Below are positions 30,582 to 43,534 of a DNA stretch of 53,982 bases, in pieces. Numbering within the stretch: position 1 is the first letter of the stretch; every line of letters starts with the position of its first letter. This DNA is from Pseudomonadota bacterium. GTDB lineage: Bacteria; Pseudomonadota; Gammaproteobacteria; Burkholderiales; Burkholderiaceae_C. The notes beneath the pieces were generated by a model that worked only from the letters and a program-made list of their open reading frames with translations, searched no databases and had not been told where the DNA came from. The stretch spans positions 1-53,982 of the forward strand of contig JAEZEB010000255.1 in NCBI GenBank assembly GCA_023438115.1, given 5' to 3'. The position numbers were made by a program, and so were the translations under genes.

Positions 30582-31882
30582 CGCCGGCGGGCGCGCGCCT
30601 TGCGCCCGGCGTCCTGGGATTCGTGGAACTGCAGGATGAAGTCGCGCACCTGCGGATAGACCACTTCGCGCCAGCGGCGGCCGCTGAAGATGCCGTAGTG
30701 GCCGGCGCCCTTGACCTCCAGGTGCTTCTGGCGCGCCTTGGGCACGTTGTGGCACAGGGCGTGCGCCGCCTCGGTCTGGCCCGAGCCGGAAATGTCGTCC
30801 AGCTCGCCTTCCACGGTGAAGTGCGCGGTGGTGCGGATGTCCTGCGGGCGCACGGGCTCGAGCTTGCCCTCGGGATTGCGCACCTCCCAGGTGCCGTGCA
30901 CGAGGCGGAACTCCTGGAAGACGATGCGGATGGTTTCCAGGTAGTAGTCGGCGTCCATGTCGAGGACCGCGTTGTACTCGTCGTAGAACTTGCGGTGCGC
31001 TTCGGCGCTCGCCTCGTCGCCCACGATCAGGTGCTTGAAGTAGTCGTAGTGGCTGCTCAGGTGCCGGTCCGGGTTCATCGCCACGAAGCCGGAGTGCTGC
31101 AGGAAGCCGGGGTACACGCGGCGGCCGGCGCCCGGGAAGCTGGTCGGAACGCGGTAGATCACGTTGTTCTCGAACCACTCGTAGCTCTTGTTCATCGCCA
31201 GGTTGTTCACCGCGGTGGGCGACTTGCGGGCGTCGATGGGGCCGCCCATCATGGTCATCGTCAGCGGCGTGGTTTCGCCGCGCGTGGCCATGAGCGACAC
31301 CGCCGCCAGCACCGGCACGGTGGGCTGGCACACGCTGATCACGTGGCAGTTGCCGTATTCCTTCTGCAGGTGGCGGATGAACTCCTGCACGTAATTGACG
31401 TAGTCGTCCAGGTGGAAGGGGCCCTGGTCCAGCGGCACCATGCGGGCGTTGCGCCAGTCGGTGATGTAGACCTTGTGGTCGCGCAGCATGGTGCGCACGG
31501 TGTCGCGCAGCAGCGTGGCGTAGTGGCCGGAGAGCGGCGCCACGACCAGCACCGCCGGCTGGCCCTTGAGCTTGTCCAGGGTGGCAGGGTCGTCGGAGAA
31601 GCGCTTGAAGCGGCGCAGCTCGCAGAAGGGCTTGTCGATTTCGATGCGCTCGTGGATGGCGACGTCGGTCCCCTCCACCGTGACCGTCTTGATGCCGAAC
31701 TCGGGCTTCTCGTAGTCCTTGCCCAGGCGGTATATCAGGTCGTAGCCCGCCGACATGCGCTGGGCCAGGGGGTGCTGCCCGAAGGGCGAAAGGGGATTGC
31801 TGTACAGCTTGGACGCCGCCTGCGCAAAGTCGGCGAAGGGCTCCATCAGGGAGCGCTGCGCTTCATAGATCTGGTAGAGCAT
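30578..31882 (-). CDS. phaZ: intracellular polyhydroxyalkanoate depolymerase
   Basis: [55 protein letters not shown]. Confidence 0.93.
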   Translation of the reverse strand: MLYQIYEAQRSLMEPFADFAQAASKLYSNPLSPFGQHPLAQRMSAGYDLIYRLGKDYEKPEFGIKTVTVEGTDVAIHERIEIDKPFCELRRFKRFSDDPATLDKLKGQPAVLVVAPLSGHYATLLRDTVRTMLRDHKVYITDWRNARMVPLDQGPFHLDDYVNYVQEFIRHLQKEYGNCHVISVCQPTVPVLAAVSLMATRGETTPLTMTMMGGPIDARKSPTAVNNLAMNKSYEWFENNVIYRVPTSFPGAGRRVYPGFLQHSGFVAMNPDRHLSSHYDYFKHLIVGDEASAEAHRKFYDEYNAVLDMDADYYLETIRIVFQEFRLVHGTWEVRNPEGKLEPVRPQDIRTTAHFTVEGELDDISGSGQTEAAHALCHNVPKARQKHLEVKGAGHYGIFSGRRWREVVYPQVRDFILQFHESQDAGRKARARRR

Positions 31883-32014
31883 GGGTCGTCCAGGAGGGTT
31901 GTTGCAGTGCAATATATCAGGGCTGGCGCGTTGCGGTACAAGGGGATACCACGGATGAGCCCGGAACTTCACGGTCGAGCCTGGTTCCTACGCCCGGTTG
32001 CCACGAAAGAAGAC

Positions 32015-32920
32015 ATGCGAAGAAGAAACTGGATCGCCGCAGCCGGCGCGGCGATCGCCGGCGGGACCCTGTTGATGAACGGCCAGGCGTCCGTTGCCGC
32101 CGCGGCCGGGCTGCAGTCGCTGAAGCCCAGCCCGCGGATGCCGGTGCTGTTCGTCGGCCACGGCAGCCCCATGAACGCCATCACGGACAACGAATTCCGC
32201 CGCAGCTGGCAGGCGCTGGGCGCCGAGTTCGGCCACACCTGGCCGCGACCGCAGCTGGTGCTGTGCGTGTCCGCGCACTGGATCACCCGCGGATGGCACC
32301 TGACGGGCATGGCCCGGCCGAAGACGATCCATGACTTTGGCGGCTTCCCGCAGGCGCTGTTCGACCAGCAGTACCCGGCGCCGGGCGCACCCGCGGTCGC
32401 GCGGCAGATCGCGGCCGGCATCGCCGAACCGCGGCTCGGGCTGGACGAGGAAGAGTGGGGCTACGACCACGGCGCCTGGTCGGTGCTCCAGCCCATGTTC
32501 CCGGCCGCGGACATCCCCGTGATCCAGCTGAGCATGGACTACCACCGGCCGCCGGCCGAACACTTCGCGCTGGGGCGCCAGCTGCGGGCGCTGCGCGAGC
32601 GGGGCGTTCTGGTCGTGGGCAGCGGCAACATCGTGCACAACCTGCGCGCCACGCGCCGGGAAGCGAGCGCCACGCAGGCGTACGACTGGGCGTTCGAATT
32701 CGACGCGGCGATCCGCGACACGATCGCGAAGGGCGCGCTGGGCGAACTGGCGGACTTCCGCAAGCTGGGCCCGGTGGCGCAGCTCGCGCACCCCACCCAC
32801 GACCACTACCTGCCGCTGCTGCACGCCGCGGGCGCGGTGCACGAGGGGGAGAAGATGCGCTTCCTCACCGAGCGCTTCCAGTCCGCATCGATCTCGATGC
32901 GCTCGGTGGCCTGGGGCTGA
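32015..32920 (+). CDS. ygiD: 4,5-DOPA extradiol dioxygenase-like (YgiD/LigB family) with N-terminal Tat-like extension
   Basis: MPVLFVGHGSPMN, SAHW, TIHDFGGFP, DHGAW, GSGNIVHNL, AHPTHDHYLP. Confidence 0.88.
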   Translation: MRRRNWIAAAGAAIAGGTLLMNGQASVAAAAGLQSLKPSPRMPVLFVGHGSPMNAITDNEFRRSWQALGAEFGHTWPRPQLVLCVSAHWITRGWHLTGMARPKTIHDFGGFPQALFDQQYPAPGAPAVARQIAAGIAEPRLGLDEEEWGYDHGAWSVLQPMFPAADIPVIQLSMDYHRPPAEHFALGRQLRALRERGVLVVGSGNIVHNLRATRREASATQAYDWAFEFDAAIRDTIAKGALGELADFRKLGPVAQLAHPTHDHYLPLLHAAGAVHEGEKMRFLTERFQSASISMRSVAWG

Positions 32921-32951
32921 CCAGGGGTCCCCGCCTGCGCCGGGACGAGGA

Positions 32952-34148
32952 TCAGACGACGGCGGCGATGGACTCGGCGACGTAGTCGATGTTCTTGCTG
33001 TTCAGGGCGGCCACGCAGATGCGGCCGCTTTCGATGCCGTACACGCCGAACTCGCTCCGCAGCCGCACCATCTGCTCCTTGCTCAGGCCGGAGTAGCTGA
33101 ACATGCCGACCTGCTGCGTGATGAAGCTGAAGTCACCCTGCACGCCCTTGGCCTTGAGCTTTTCCACCAGCGCCGAGCGCATCTGCTTGATGCGGGTGCG
33201 CATGCCGGCCAGCTCCTGCTCCCACAGCGCGCGCAGCTCGGGGGTGTTGAGGATGGTCGCGGCGATCTGGCCGCCGTGCGTGGGCGGGTTGCTGTAGTTC
33301 GTGCGGATCACGATCTTCAGCTGCGACAGCACGCGGCTGGCCTGGTCCTTGTCCTGGCACAGCACCGACAGGGCACCCACGCGCTCGCCGTAGAGGCTCA
33401 GGCTCTTGGAGAAGGAGGTCGAGACGAAGAAGTCCTCGCCCGAGGCGACGAACTTCTGCACGGCCAGGCCGTCCTCGGCGATGCCCTGGCCGAAGCCCTG
33501 GTAGGCCATGTCCAGGAAGGCGACCAGCTTGCGCGCCTTGACGGCGGCGACCACCTGGTCCCACTGGGCGGGCGTCAGGTCGTAGCCGGTGGGGTTGTGG
33601 CAGCAGGCGTGCAGCACGACGACCGTGCCCGCCGGCGCGGCGTTCAGGGCGGCGAGCATGCCTTCGAAGTCGACGCCCCGCTTGGCGGCGTCGTAGTACG
33701 GGTAGGTTTCCACCTGGAAGCCGGCGTTGGTGAACAGGGCGCGGTGGTTTTCCCAGCTCGGGTCGCTGATCAGGACCTTGGCGGCGGGGTTGAGCTTCTT
33801 CAGGAAGTCGGCGCCGATCTTCAGGCCGCCGGTGCCGCCGATGGCCTGCACGGTCGCCACGCGGCCGCTCTTGACGGGCTCGGAGTCGGCCCCAAATACC
33901 AGGCTCTTCACCGCCGCGTCATAGGCGGCGATGCCGTCGATCGGCAGGTAGCCGCGGGCGGCGTGGGCCGCCATCATCTTCTCTTCCGCCTTTTGCACGC
34001 ACTCCAGCAGCGGCAGCTTGCCGTTGTCGTCGTAGTAGACGCCCACGCCCAGGTTCACCTTCTTCGGGTTGGGGTCGGCGACATACTGCTCGGTCAGGCC
34101 CAGGATGGGGTCGCGGGGCGCCATTTCGACGGCGTGGAAGAGGGACAT
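32952..34148 (-). CDS. tyrB: aromatic/aspartate aminotransferase
   Basis: DPILG, NLGVGVY, GGTGGL, LHACCHNPTG, DMAYQGF, SFSKSLSLYGERVG. Confidence 0.92.
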   Translation of the reverse strand: MSLFHAVEMAPRDPILGLTEQYVADPNPKKVNLGVGVYYDDNGKLPLLECVQKAEEKMMAAHAARGYLPIDGIAAYDAAVKSLVFGADSEPVKSGRVATVQAIGGTGGLKIGADFLKKLNPAAKVLISDPSWENHRALFTNAGFQVETYPYYDAAKRGVDFEGMLAALNAAPAGTVVVLHACCHNPTGYDLTPAQWDQVVAAVKARKLVAFLDMAYQGFGQGIAEDGLAVQKFVASGEDFFVSTSFSKSLSLYGERVGALSVLCQDKDQASRVLSQLKIVIRTNYSNPPTHGGQIAATILNTPELRALWEQELAGMRTRIKQMRSALVEKLKAKGVQGDFSFITQQVGMFSYSGLSKEQMVRLRSEFGVYGIESGRICVAALNSKNIDYVAESIAAVV

Positions 34149-34243
34149 GGGGTTCCTTGGAATGCGGTGGCAGGTTGGCCCGGCCTGTTGTACGCTGGCC
34201 GGCTGCCCGCAATTTTAATGGGTCGATTTAAGTACTTTCCCGA

Positions 34244-36355
34244 ATGAGCGCAATCCCCGAGGCCGCCGAGGCCCAACCGCAACAGAAGGCCGGCGAGTTC
34301 GTCACCTTCCCGGACTCGCCCTTCGAGTTGTTCCAGCCCTATCCCCCGGCGGGCGACCAGCCGCAGGCCATCGAAAAGCTGGTCGAAGGCGTGCAGGACG
34401 GCGAGGTGTTCCAGACCCTGCTGGGCGTCACGGGCTCCGGCAAGACGTTCACCATGGCGAACGTGATCGCCCGCCTGGGGCGGCCGGCGATCGTGTTCGC
34501 GCCCAACAAGACGCTGGCGGCGCAGCTCTATAGCGAGTTCCGGGAGTTCTTCCCCCGCAACGCGGTGGAGTACTTCGTCAGCTACTACGACTACTACCAG
34601 CCCGAGGCTTACGTCCCCCAGCGGGACCTGTTCATCGAGAAGGACAGCTCGATCAACGAGCACATCGAACAGATGCGGCTGTCGGCCACCAAGAGCGTGC
34701 TGGAGCGGCGCGACACGGTGATCGTGGCCACGGTGAGCGCGATCTATGGCATCGGCGCCCCGGAGGACTACACGCAGATGCGCTTCATCATGCGCATCGG
34801 GGACAAGATCGGCCAGCGGGACGTGATCGGCCAGCTGATCCGCATGCAGTACAACCGCAACGAGCAGGATTTCGTCCGCGGCACCTTCCGCGTGCGCGGC
34901 GACACCATCGACATCTTCCCGGCCGAACACAGCGAGCTGGCCATCCGGGTGGAGCTGTTCGACGACGAGATCGAGTCGCTGCAGCTGTTCGACCCGCTCA
35001 CCGGCCGCATTCGCCAGAAGGTGCCGCGCTTCACGGTCTATCCTTCCAGCCACTACGTGACGCCGCGCGAGAAGGTGGTGTCGGCGGTGGAGTCGATCAA
35101 GCTGGAACTGAAGGAGCGGCTGGACTTCTTCGTCAGCCAGGGCAAGCTGGTGGAGGCGCAGCGCCTGGAGCAGCGCACGCGCTTCGACCTGGAGATGCTT
35201 GCTGAACTCGGGCACTGCAAGGGCATCGAGAACTACACGCGCCACCTCTCGGGCGCGCCGCCCGGGGCGCCGCCGTCGACGCTGACGGACTATTTGCCCA
35301 AGGACGCGCTGATGTTCCTGGACGAGAGCCACCAGATGATCGGCCAGCTCAGCGCCATGTACAACGGCGACCGGGCGCGCAAGCTGACGCTGGTGGAGTA
35401 CGGCTTCCGCCTGCCCAGCGCGATGGACAACCGGCCGCTGAAGTTCGAGGAATTCGAGACGCGCATGCGCCAGGTGGTCTTCGTCTCGGCCACGCCGGCG
35501 GACTACGAGAAGACGCACGCGGGCAACGTGGTGGAGCAGGTCGTGCGTCCCACGGGCCTGATCGATCCGGAGGTGGAAGTCCGCCCGGCGACGCACCAGG
35601 TCGACGACGTGCTGCAGGAGATCCGCATCCGCGTGGAGAAGAACGAGCGCGTGCTGATCACGACGCTGACCAAGCGGATGGCGGAGCAGCTGACCGACTA
35701 CCTCAGCGACAACGGCGTGAAGGTGCGCTACCTGCACAGCGACGTGGACACCGTGGAGCGCGTGGAGATCATCCGCGACCTGCGCCTGGGACAGTTCGAC
35801 GTCCTGGTGGGCATCAACCTGCTGCGCGAGGGCCTCGACATCCCCGAGGTCTCGCTGGTGGCGATCCTCGATGCCGACAAGGAAGGCTTCCTGCGCGCCG
35901 AGCGCTCGCTGATCCAGACGATCGGCCGGGCGGCCCGTAACCTGAACGGCAAGGCGATCCTCTACGCCGACAACATGACCGAGTCGATGAAGAAGGCCAT
36001 CGGCGAGACGCAGCGGCGGCGCCTGAAGCAGATCGCGCACAACGAGGCGCACGGCATCACGCCGCGCAGCATCCGCAAGGAGGTGCGCGACCTCATCGAC
36101 GGCGTGTACAGCGAGAAGGCGAGCAAGGAGCAGGAGAAGCAGGAGCTGCAGCGCGCGATGGTGGAGGACATGTCCGAGAAGGACGTGGCCAAGCGCATCA
36201 AGCAGCTGGAAAAGCAGATGCTGGAGCACGCGCGCAACCTCGAGTTCGAGAAGGCTGCGCGCCTGCGCGACCAGCTGGCGCTGCTCAAGGAGCAGGCCTT
36301 CGGCGCCGTGGTGCACGACAACGTCGTGCCCATCGCCGCGGCGAAGAAGGGCTGA
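34244..36355 (+). CDS. uvrB: excinuclease ABC subunit B
   Basis: [49 protein letters not shown]-terminal UVR domain. Confidence 0.98.
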   Translation: MSAIPEAAEAQPQQKAGEFVTFPDSPFELFQPYPPAGDQPQAIEKLVEGVQDGEVFQTLLGVTGSGKTFTMANVIARLGRPAIVFAPNKTLAAQLYSEFREFFPRNAVEYFVSYYDYYQPEAYVPQRDLFIEKDSSINEHIEQMRLSATKSVLERRDTVIVATVSAIYGIGAPEDYTQMRFIMRIGDKIGQRDVIGQLIRMQYNRNEQDFVRGTFRVRGDTIDIFPAEHSELAIRVELFDDEIESLQLFDPLTGRIRQKVPRFTVYPSSHYVTPREKVVSAVESIKLELKERLDFFVSQGKLVEAQRLEQRTRFDLEMLAELGHCKGIENYTRHLSGAPPGAPPSTLTDYLPKDALMFLDESHQMIGQLSAMYNGDRARKLTLVEYGFRLPSAMDNRPLKFEEFETRMRQVVFVSATPADYEKTHAGNVVEQVVRPTGLIDPEVEVRPATHQVDDVLQEIRIRVEKNERVLITTLTKRMAEQLTDYLSDNGVKVRYLHSDVDTVERVEIIRDLRLGQFDVLVGINLLREGLDIPEVSLVAILDADKEGFLRAERSLIQTIGRAARNLNGKAILYADNMTESMKKAIGETQRRRLKQIAHNEAHGITPRSIRKEVRDLIDGVYSEKASKEQEKQELQRAMVEDMSEKDVAKRIKQLEKQMLEHARNLEFEKAARLRDQLALLKEQAFGAVVHDNVVPIAAAKKG

Positions 36356-36424
36356 GCGAGCACCAAAGTTCAAGCGTGCACGGATGCGGCACACTTGCGG
36401 GTTTCCCACTGCAACGAGACCCGC

Positions 36425-37390
36425 ATGCTCCGCCGTACCTTCGCATTCGCCTGCCTGGCCGTGGCCGCCGCCGGCTCCGCCCTGGCGCAGGCCTTCCCGT
36501 CCAAGCCGATCCGCCTGATCGTCCCGTTCCCTCCGGGCGGCGGCACCGACCAGCTGTCGCGCCTGGTGGCGCAGAAGCTGGCGGAGAGCGAGAAGTGGAC
36601 GGTGGTGGCCGACAACCGCGCAGGCGCGGGCGGCACGCTGGGCATTGCCGAGGCCGTGCGCGCGGCGCCCACGGGCTACGACATGGTGATGGGCCAGAAG
36701 GACAACCTGATCGTCGCGCCCTGGCTGTACAAGAACGTCGGCTTCGACACCACCAGGGACCTCGTGCCCGTGGCGCACGTGGCGTACACGCCGGTGGTGA
36801 TCGTGGCCCGCGCCGAATCGAAGTTCAAGACGCTCAAGGACGTGGTCGCCGCCGCCAAGGCCGCGCCGGACACGGTGACCTACGGCTCGCCCGGCAACGG
36901 CACCACCATCCACCTGGCCGGCGAGCTGTTCAACCAGGCCGCCGGCATCAAGCTGCGCCACATCCCGTACAAGGGGTCCAACCCCGCGATGATGGATGTG
37001 CTGGCCGGCAACGTCGACCTGATGGTGTCTTCGGTGCCTTCGGCGCTGGGCCAGATCAAGGCCGGCAAGCTGCGCGCGCTGGCGGTCACGTCCGCCAAGC
37101 GCAGCAGCTCGCTGCCCGAGGTGCCGACCGTGGCCGAGTCCGGCTATCCCGGCATGGACGTCAGCACCTGGTACGGCCTGTTCATGCCGGCGGGTGCGCC
37201 GAAGGACGTCGTCGACCAGGTCCATGCGGCCGTCAACAAGCTGCTGGCCACGCCCGAGATGAAGGCGGCCGTGCAGGCGCAGGGCGCCGAGTCGCAGGCG
37301 ATGGACCTGCGGCAGTTCGCCGACCTGGTCGCCACCGATTACCGCAAGTGGGAAGGGATCGTGAAGGCCTCGGGAGCGAAGATCGAGTGA
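36425..37390 (+). CDS. Bug/TctC tripartite tricarboxylate transporter substrate-binding protein
   Basis: signal peptide ALA-Q; FPSKPIRLIVPFPPGGGTD, NRAGAGG, HIPYKG, LPEVPT. Confidence 0.93.
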   Translation: MLRRTFAFACLAVAAAGSALAQAFPSKPIRLIVPFPPGGGTDQLSRLVAQKLAESEKWTVVADNRAGAGGTLGIAEAVRAAPTGYDMVMGQKDNLIVAPWLYKNVGFDTTRDLVPVAHVAYTPVVIVARAESKFKTLKDVVAAAKAAPDTVTYGSPGNGTTIHLAGELFNQAAGIKLRHIPYKGSNPAMMDVLAGNVDLMVSSVPSALGQIKAGKLRALAVTSAKRSSSLPEVPTVAESGYPGMDVSTWYGLFMPAGAPKDVVDQVHAAVNKLLATPEMKAAVQAQGAESQAMDLRQFADLVATDYRKWEGIVKASGAKIE

Positions 37391-37863
37391 GCGGCTACGG
37401 GGTCCTCTTCGTCTGCACGGGCAACATCTGCCGCAGTCCGACCGCCGAGGTCGTGCTGCGCGAGAAGGTGGCGCGCGCGGGCCTCGCGGACCGCGTTCGC
37501 ATCGCCTCGGCCGGCACGCACCACTACCACGTGGGCAATCCGGCCAGCTGCGCGCACGCGCTGCGACGCGGCTACGACCTGGCAGCGCACCGCGCGCGCC
37601 AGGTCGACCCCCTGGATTTCGAGCGGTTCGACCTCATCCTGGCCCTGGATGCGGGTCACCTGGAGTTGCTGGAGCTGAACTGTCCGCCGCCCCTGCGGCA
37701 CAAGCTCAGGCGGCTGATGGAGTTCGCGCCGGACGACCTGCCGCGCGACGTGGCTGATCCCTACTACGGCGGGAAGCAGGGCTTCGAGACCGTGCTCGAC
37801 CACGTGGAGGCCGCCTGCGACGGGCTCGTCGCGGACTTGCGACGCAAGCTGGGCGCCGCCTAG
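37387..37863 (+). CDS. low-molecular-weight protein-tyrosine phosphatase
   Basis: GTGA overlap; VLFVCTGNICRSPTAE (CX5R), SAGT, DPYYG. Confidence 0.92.
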   Translation: MSGYGVLFVCTGNICRSPTAEVVLREKVARAGLADRVRIASAGTHHYHVGNPASCAHALRRGYDLAAHRARQVDPLDFERFDLILALDAGHLELLELNCPPPLRHKLRRLMEFAPDDLPRDVADPYYGGKQGFETVLDHVEAACDGLVADLRRKLGAA

Positions 37864-37921
37864 TTCCTTGGTGCACTGCAGAAAGACCTGAGTACCCGAG
37901 CTCGGCGCCGGGTTTTCTGGT

Positions 37922-37946
37922 ATACTTGACCGAAACAGTCAGGAAC
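37922..37946. promoter_or_regulatory. IscR type-1 binding site
   Basis: ATACTTGACCGAAACAGTCAGGAAC resembles consensus ATASYYGACTRwwwYAGTCRRSTAT; lies upstream of iscR. Confidence 0.75.
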
Positions 37947-38057
37947 CCAGGGAAGAATTCGAAGAACACCGGCGCGCAAGCCGGACATGGGTGGAGACGG
38001 CCTGCCGTGGCGGGGTGCCCGGCAGGTAGTTACTGCAAGCCAGCAAAGGAGCTAGCG

Positions 38058-38591
38058 ATGCGTCTCACGACCAAAGGCCGCTTTGCGGTCACCGCGATGA
38101 TCGACTTGGCACTGCGCCAGAACAATGGACCCGTCACCCTGGCGGCCATCAGCCAGCGCCAGCACATCTCGCTGTCCTACCTCGAGCAGCTGTTCGGCAA
38201 GCTGCGCCGCCATGAACTCGTCGAATCCACCCGCGGGCCGGGCGGCGGGTACACGCTGGGCCGCAAGGCGGCCGAGATCACCGTGGCCGACATCATCGTG
38301 TCCGTCGACGAGCCGATCGACGCCACCCAGTGCGGCGGCAAGGAGAACTGCAACGACGGCGGCCAGTGCATGACGCACGAGCTGTGGTCGCAGCTGAACC
38401 AGCGCATGGTCGAATTCCTCGACTCCGTCACCCTGCAGAAGCTGGTGGACGACCAGCTCGCCAAGGGCATCCAGATCGAGGACAAGCCGGCGACCAAGCG
38501 CGCGATCTCCAGCGCGCCCGTCGTCAAGCCGATCCGCGTGAACGCGCCCAACTCCGTGTTCGCGCTGGGCAACTCGTTCGCCAAGCAATAA
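38058..38591 (+). CDS. iscR: Fe-S cluster assembly transcription factor IscR
   Basis: [36 protein letters not shown], three Cys plus His ligands ([16 protein letters not shown]). Confidence 0.96.
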   Translation: MRLTTKGRFAVTAMIDLALRQNNGPVTLAAISQRQHISLSYLEQLFGKLRRHELVESTRGPGGGYTLGRKAAEITVADIIVSVDEPIDATQCGGKENCNDGGQCMTHELWSQLNQRMVEFLDSVTLQKLVDDQLAKGIQIEDKPATKRAISSAPVVKPIRVNAPNSVFALGNSFAKQ

Positions 38592-38622
38592 CAAGCAACC
38601 GCCAGCAGAAGAACCGCCAGCA

Positions 38623-39843
38623 ATGGACATGACCCCGCATTTCCCGATCTACATGGACTACGGCGCGACGACGCCGGTCGACCCCCGCGTGGTCGACGCC
38701 ATGATCCCGTGGTTGCGCGAGCACTTCGGCAACCCCGCTTCCCGCAGCCATGCGTGGGGCTGGGAGGCCGAGGAAGCCGTGGAGAAGGCGCGCCAGCAGG
38801 TCGCCGACCTGATCGGCGCCGACCCCCGCGAGATCGTCTGGACGTCCGGTGCCACCGAATCCAACAACCTCGCGCTCAAGGGCGCCGCGCACTTCTACAA
38901 GACGCGCGGCAAGCACCTGATCACGGTGAAGACCGAGCACAAGGCGGTGCTGGACACCATGCGCGAGCTGGAGCGCCAGGGCTTCGAGGTCACTTACCTC
39001 GACGTGCAGGAAGACGGCATGCTGGACCTGGAGGCCTTCAAGGCGACGCTGCGTCCGGACACCATCCTGGCCTCGGTCATGTTCGTGAACAACGAGATCG
39101 GCGTGGTCCAGGACATCGCCGCCATCGGCGCGATCTGCCGCGAGAAGGGCGTGCTGTTCCACGTCGATGCGGCGCAGGCGACGGGCAAGGTCGACATCGA
39201 CCTCAAGGCGCTGCCGGTCGACCTGATGAGCCTGGCCTCGCACAAGACCTACGGCCCCAAGGGCATCGGCGCCCTGTACGTGCGCCGCAAGCCGCGCGTG
39301 CGCCTGGAAGCGCAGATGCATGGCGGTGGCCACGAGCGCGGCATGCGCTCCGGCACGCTGCCCACGCACCAGATCGTGGGCATGGGCGAGGCCTTCCGCA
39401 TCGCGAAGGAAGAGATGCACAGGGACCTGGAGCACGCGCGCCGCCTGCAGAAGCGCCTGCTCGACGGCCTCAAGGACGTGGAGCAGGTCTTCATCAACGG
39501 CAACCTGGAACACCGGGTGCCGCAGAACCTGAACATGAGCTTCAACTTCGTCGAGGGCGAGTCGCTGATCATGGGCATCAAGGGCCTGGCGGTGTCGTCG
39601 GGTTCCGCCTGCACGTCCGCCTCGCTCGAGCCCAGCTACGTGCTGCGCGCGCTGGGCCGCAGCGACGAGCTGGCGCACAGCAGCCTGCGCATGACCATTG
39701 GCCGCTTCACGACCGAGGAGGAGATCGACTACGCGATCGCGACGATCAAGCAGAACGTCGCCAAGCTGCGCGAGCTGAGCCCGCTGTGGGAGATGTACCA
39801 GGAGGGCATCGACCTGAACACGATCCAGTGGACCGCGCACTGA
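38623..39843 (+). CDS. iscS: cysteine desulfurase IscS
   Basis: [42 protein letters not shown]. Confidence 0.97.
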   Translation: MDMTPHFPIYMDYGATTPVDPRVVDAMIPWLREHFGNPASRSHAWGWEAEEAVEKARQQVADLIGADPREIVWTSGATESNNLALKGAAHFYKTRGKHLITVKTEHKAVLDTMRELERQGFEVTYLDVQEDGMLDLEAFKATLRPDTILASVMFVNNEIGVVQDIAAIGAICREKGVLFHVDAAQATGKVDIDLKALPVDLMSLASHKTYGPKGIGALYVRRKPRVRLEAQMHGGGHERGMRSGTLPTHQIVGMGEAFRIAKEEMHRDLEHARRLQKRLLDGLKDVEQVFINGNLEHRVPQNLNMSFNFVEGESLIMGIKGLAVSSGSACTSASLEPSYVLRALGRSDELAHSSLRMTIGRFTTEEEIDYAIATIKQNVAKLRELSPLWEMYQEGIDLNTIQWTAH

Positions 39844-39868
39844 AGAAACAGGAACCAGGAGTCACAAC

Positions 39869-40255
39869 ATGGCCTATTCGCAAAAAGTCGTCGAGCACTA
39901 CGAAAACCCCCGCAACGTCGGTTCCTTCGAGAAGGGCGATGCGAGCGTCGGTACCGGCATGGTGGGCGCGCCGGCCTGCGGCGACGTGATGAAGCTGCAG
40001 ATCAAGGTGAACCCGTCCACCGGCGTCATCGAGGACGCGCGCTTCAAGACCTACGGCTGCGGTTCCGCCATCGCTTCCAGCTCCCTCGTGACCGAATGGG
40101 TCAAGGGCAAGACGCTGGACGAGGCGGCGTCCATCAAGAACGCGCAGATCGCCGAGGAACTGGCGCTGCCGCCGGTGAAGATCCACTGCTCCATCCTGGC
40201 GGAAGACGCCATCAAGGCGGCGGTGGCCGACTACAAGAACAAGCACGCGAACTGA
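39869..40255 (+). CDS. iscU: Fe-S scaffold IscU
   Basis: [20 protein letters not shown]. Confidence 0.97.
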   Translation: MAYSQKVVEHYENPRNVGSFEKGDASVGTGMVGAPACGDVMKLQIKVNPSTGVIEDARFKTYGCGSAIASSSLVTEWVKGKTLDEAASIKNAQIAEELALPPVKIHCSILAEDAIKAAVADYKNKHAN

Positions 40256-40260
40256 CGGCG

Positions 40261-40584
40261 ATGGCAGTGACCCTGACCGAAGCCGCGGCGCGGCACGTCA
40301 CCCGCTACCTTTCCCGGCGCGGGAAGGGCGTGGGTGTGCGCCTCGGCGTCAAGACCACCGGTTGCTCGGGCCTGGCCTACAAGCTGGAATACGTGGACGA
40401 GGTCGCGCCCGAGGATGTCGTGTTCGAGAACCACGGCGTCAAGCTGCTGATCGACCCGAAGAGCCTTGCCTACATCGACGGCACGGAGCTGGACTTCGTG
40501 CGCGAGGGGCTCAACGAGGGCTTCAAGTTCAACAACCCGAACGAGCGGGACCGCTGCGGCTGCGGAGAAAGCTTCAGGGTTTGA
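40261..40584 (+). CDS. iscA: Fe-S assembly protein IscA
   Basis: [16 protein letters not shown]. Confidence 0.96.
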   Translation: MAVTLTEAAARHVTRYLSRRGKGVGVRLGVKTTGCSGLAYKLEYVDEVAPEDVVFENHGVKLLIDPKSLAYIDGTELDFVREGLNEGFKFNNPNERDRCGCGESFRV

Positions 40585-40670
40585 CCCACCCCCGAAGCGC
40601 CTGCGGCGCCTCCCCCTCAAGGGGGCGCCACCCGCGGCCCGGCAAAGCCGGTTCCGCGGTGGCCCTGGAA
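40582..40670 (+). repeat. 89-bp structured intergenic repeat, copy 1 (iscA-hscB)
   Basis: 84/89 identical to 43068-43156; begins at the iscA TGA. Confidence 0.92.
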
Positions 40671-40684
40671 GGGTCCGCCTGCAC

Positions 40685-41203
40685 ATGAATCTCAGCCAGA
40701 GCGATTTCGAACTGTTCGGGCTGCCCGCCCGTTTCGAGCAGGACCGCGCGGCGATCGACCAGCGCTGGAAGGCGCTGCAGCGCGAGGCCCATCCGGACCG
40801 CTTCGCCGCGCAGGGCGCCTCGGCGCAGCGCCTGGCGCTGCAATGGTCCGTGCGCATCAACGAGGCCTACCAGCGACTGAAGGATCCGCTGCGCCGCGCC
40901 ATCTACCTGTGCGAGATGCTGGGCGCGCCCATAGCCGCCGAGAGCAACACGGCCATGCCCGCCGAATTCCTGGTGGAGCAGATGGAGTGGCGCGAGGCGC
41001 TGGACGAAGCCGGGAGCGAAGAGGCGCTGGACGCGCTGTCGCGCCGCGTTCGCACGCGGCGGCAGGACATGCTGGCCCGCATCGGCCAGTTGCTGGACCT
41101 CGAGGGCGACGCCCCCGCGGCGGCCCAGCAGGTGAGAGCCCTCATGTTCATCGAGCGCTTTGCGCACGACGTGGAGTCCCGGCTCGCGCAACTGGGACAA
41201 TAG
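40685..41203 (+). CDS. hscB: Fe-S co-chaperone HscB
   Basis: FELFGLP, J-domain [25 protein letters not shown]. Confidence 0.95.
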   Translation: MNLSQSDFELFGLPARFEQDRAAIDQRWKALQREAHPDRFAAQGASAQRLALQWSVRINEAYQRLKDPLRRAIYLCEMLGAPIAAESNTAMPAEFLVEQMEWREALDEAGSEEALDALSRRVRTRRQDMLARIGQLLDLEGDAPAAAQQVRALMFIERFAHDVESRLAQLGQ

Positions 41204-41213
41204 CGGGCTGACC

Positions 41214-43067
<1,854 letters not shown>

Positions 43068-43070
<3 letters not shown>

Positions 43071-43156
43071 CCCACCCCCGAAGCGCCTGCGGCGCCTCCC
43101 CCTCGAGGGGGCGCCCCCAGCGGCCCGGCAAAGCCGGTTCCGCGGCGGCACTGGAA
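43068..43156 (+). repeat. 89-bp structured intergenic repeat, copy 2 (hscA-fdx)
   Basis: 84/89 identical to 40582-40670; begins at the hscA TGA. Confidence 0.92.
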
Positions 43157-43160
43157 TGAA

Positions 43161-43499
43161 ATGCCCACGATCAAGATTCTTCCTCATCCGGAGTACTGCC
43201 CCGAGGGCGCCGAAGTGAAGGCGCCCGCGGGCACCTCGATCTGCGAGGCGCTTCTCGACAACGGCATCGCCATCGAGCACGCCTGCGACATGAGCTGCGC
43301 CTGCACCACCTGCCACGTCGTCGTCCGCGAGGGCTTCGCGTCCCTCAACGAGATGGACGAAAGCGAGGAGGACCTGCTCGATCGCGCCTGGGGCCTGGAA
43401 CCGAACTCCCGGCTGTCCTGCCAGGCGATCCTGGACCAGAAGGACCTGGTGGTCGAGATCCCGAAGTACTCGATCAACCACGCGAAAGAGAAGCACTGA
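43161..43499 (+). CDS. fdx: ISC 2Fe-2S ferredoxin
   Basis: HACDMSCACTTCH, SRLSCQ. Confidence 0.96.
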   Translation: MPTIKILPHPEYCPEGAEVKAPAGTSICEALLDNGIAIEHACDMSCACTTCHVVVREGFASLNEMDESEEDLLDRAWGLEPNSRLSCQAILDQKDLVVEIPKYSINHAKEKH

Positions 43500-43534
43500 G
43501 CGCACCCGCGCGCGGCTGAAGCGCCGCGCGTTGC

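Noticed and set aside
34149..34243. LexA (SOS) box upstream of uvrB
   Set aside because: No CTGT-N8-ACAG match in the intergenic region
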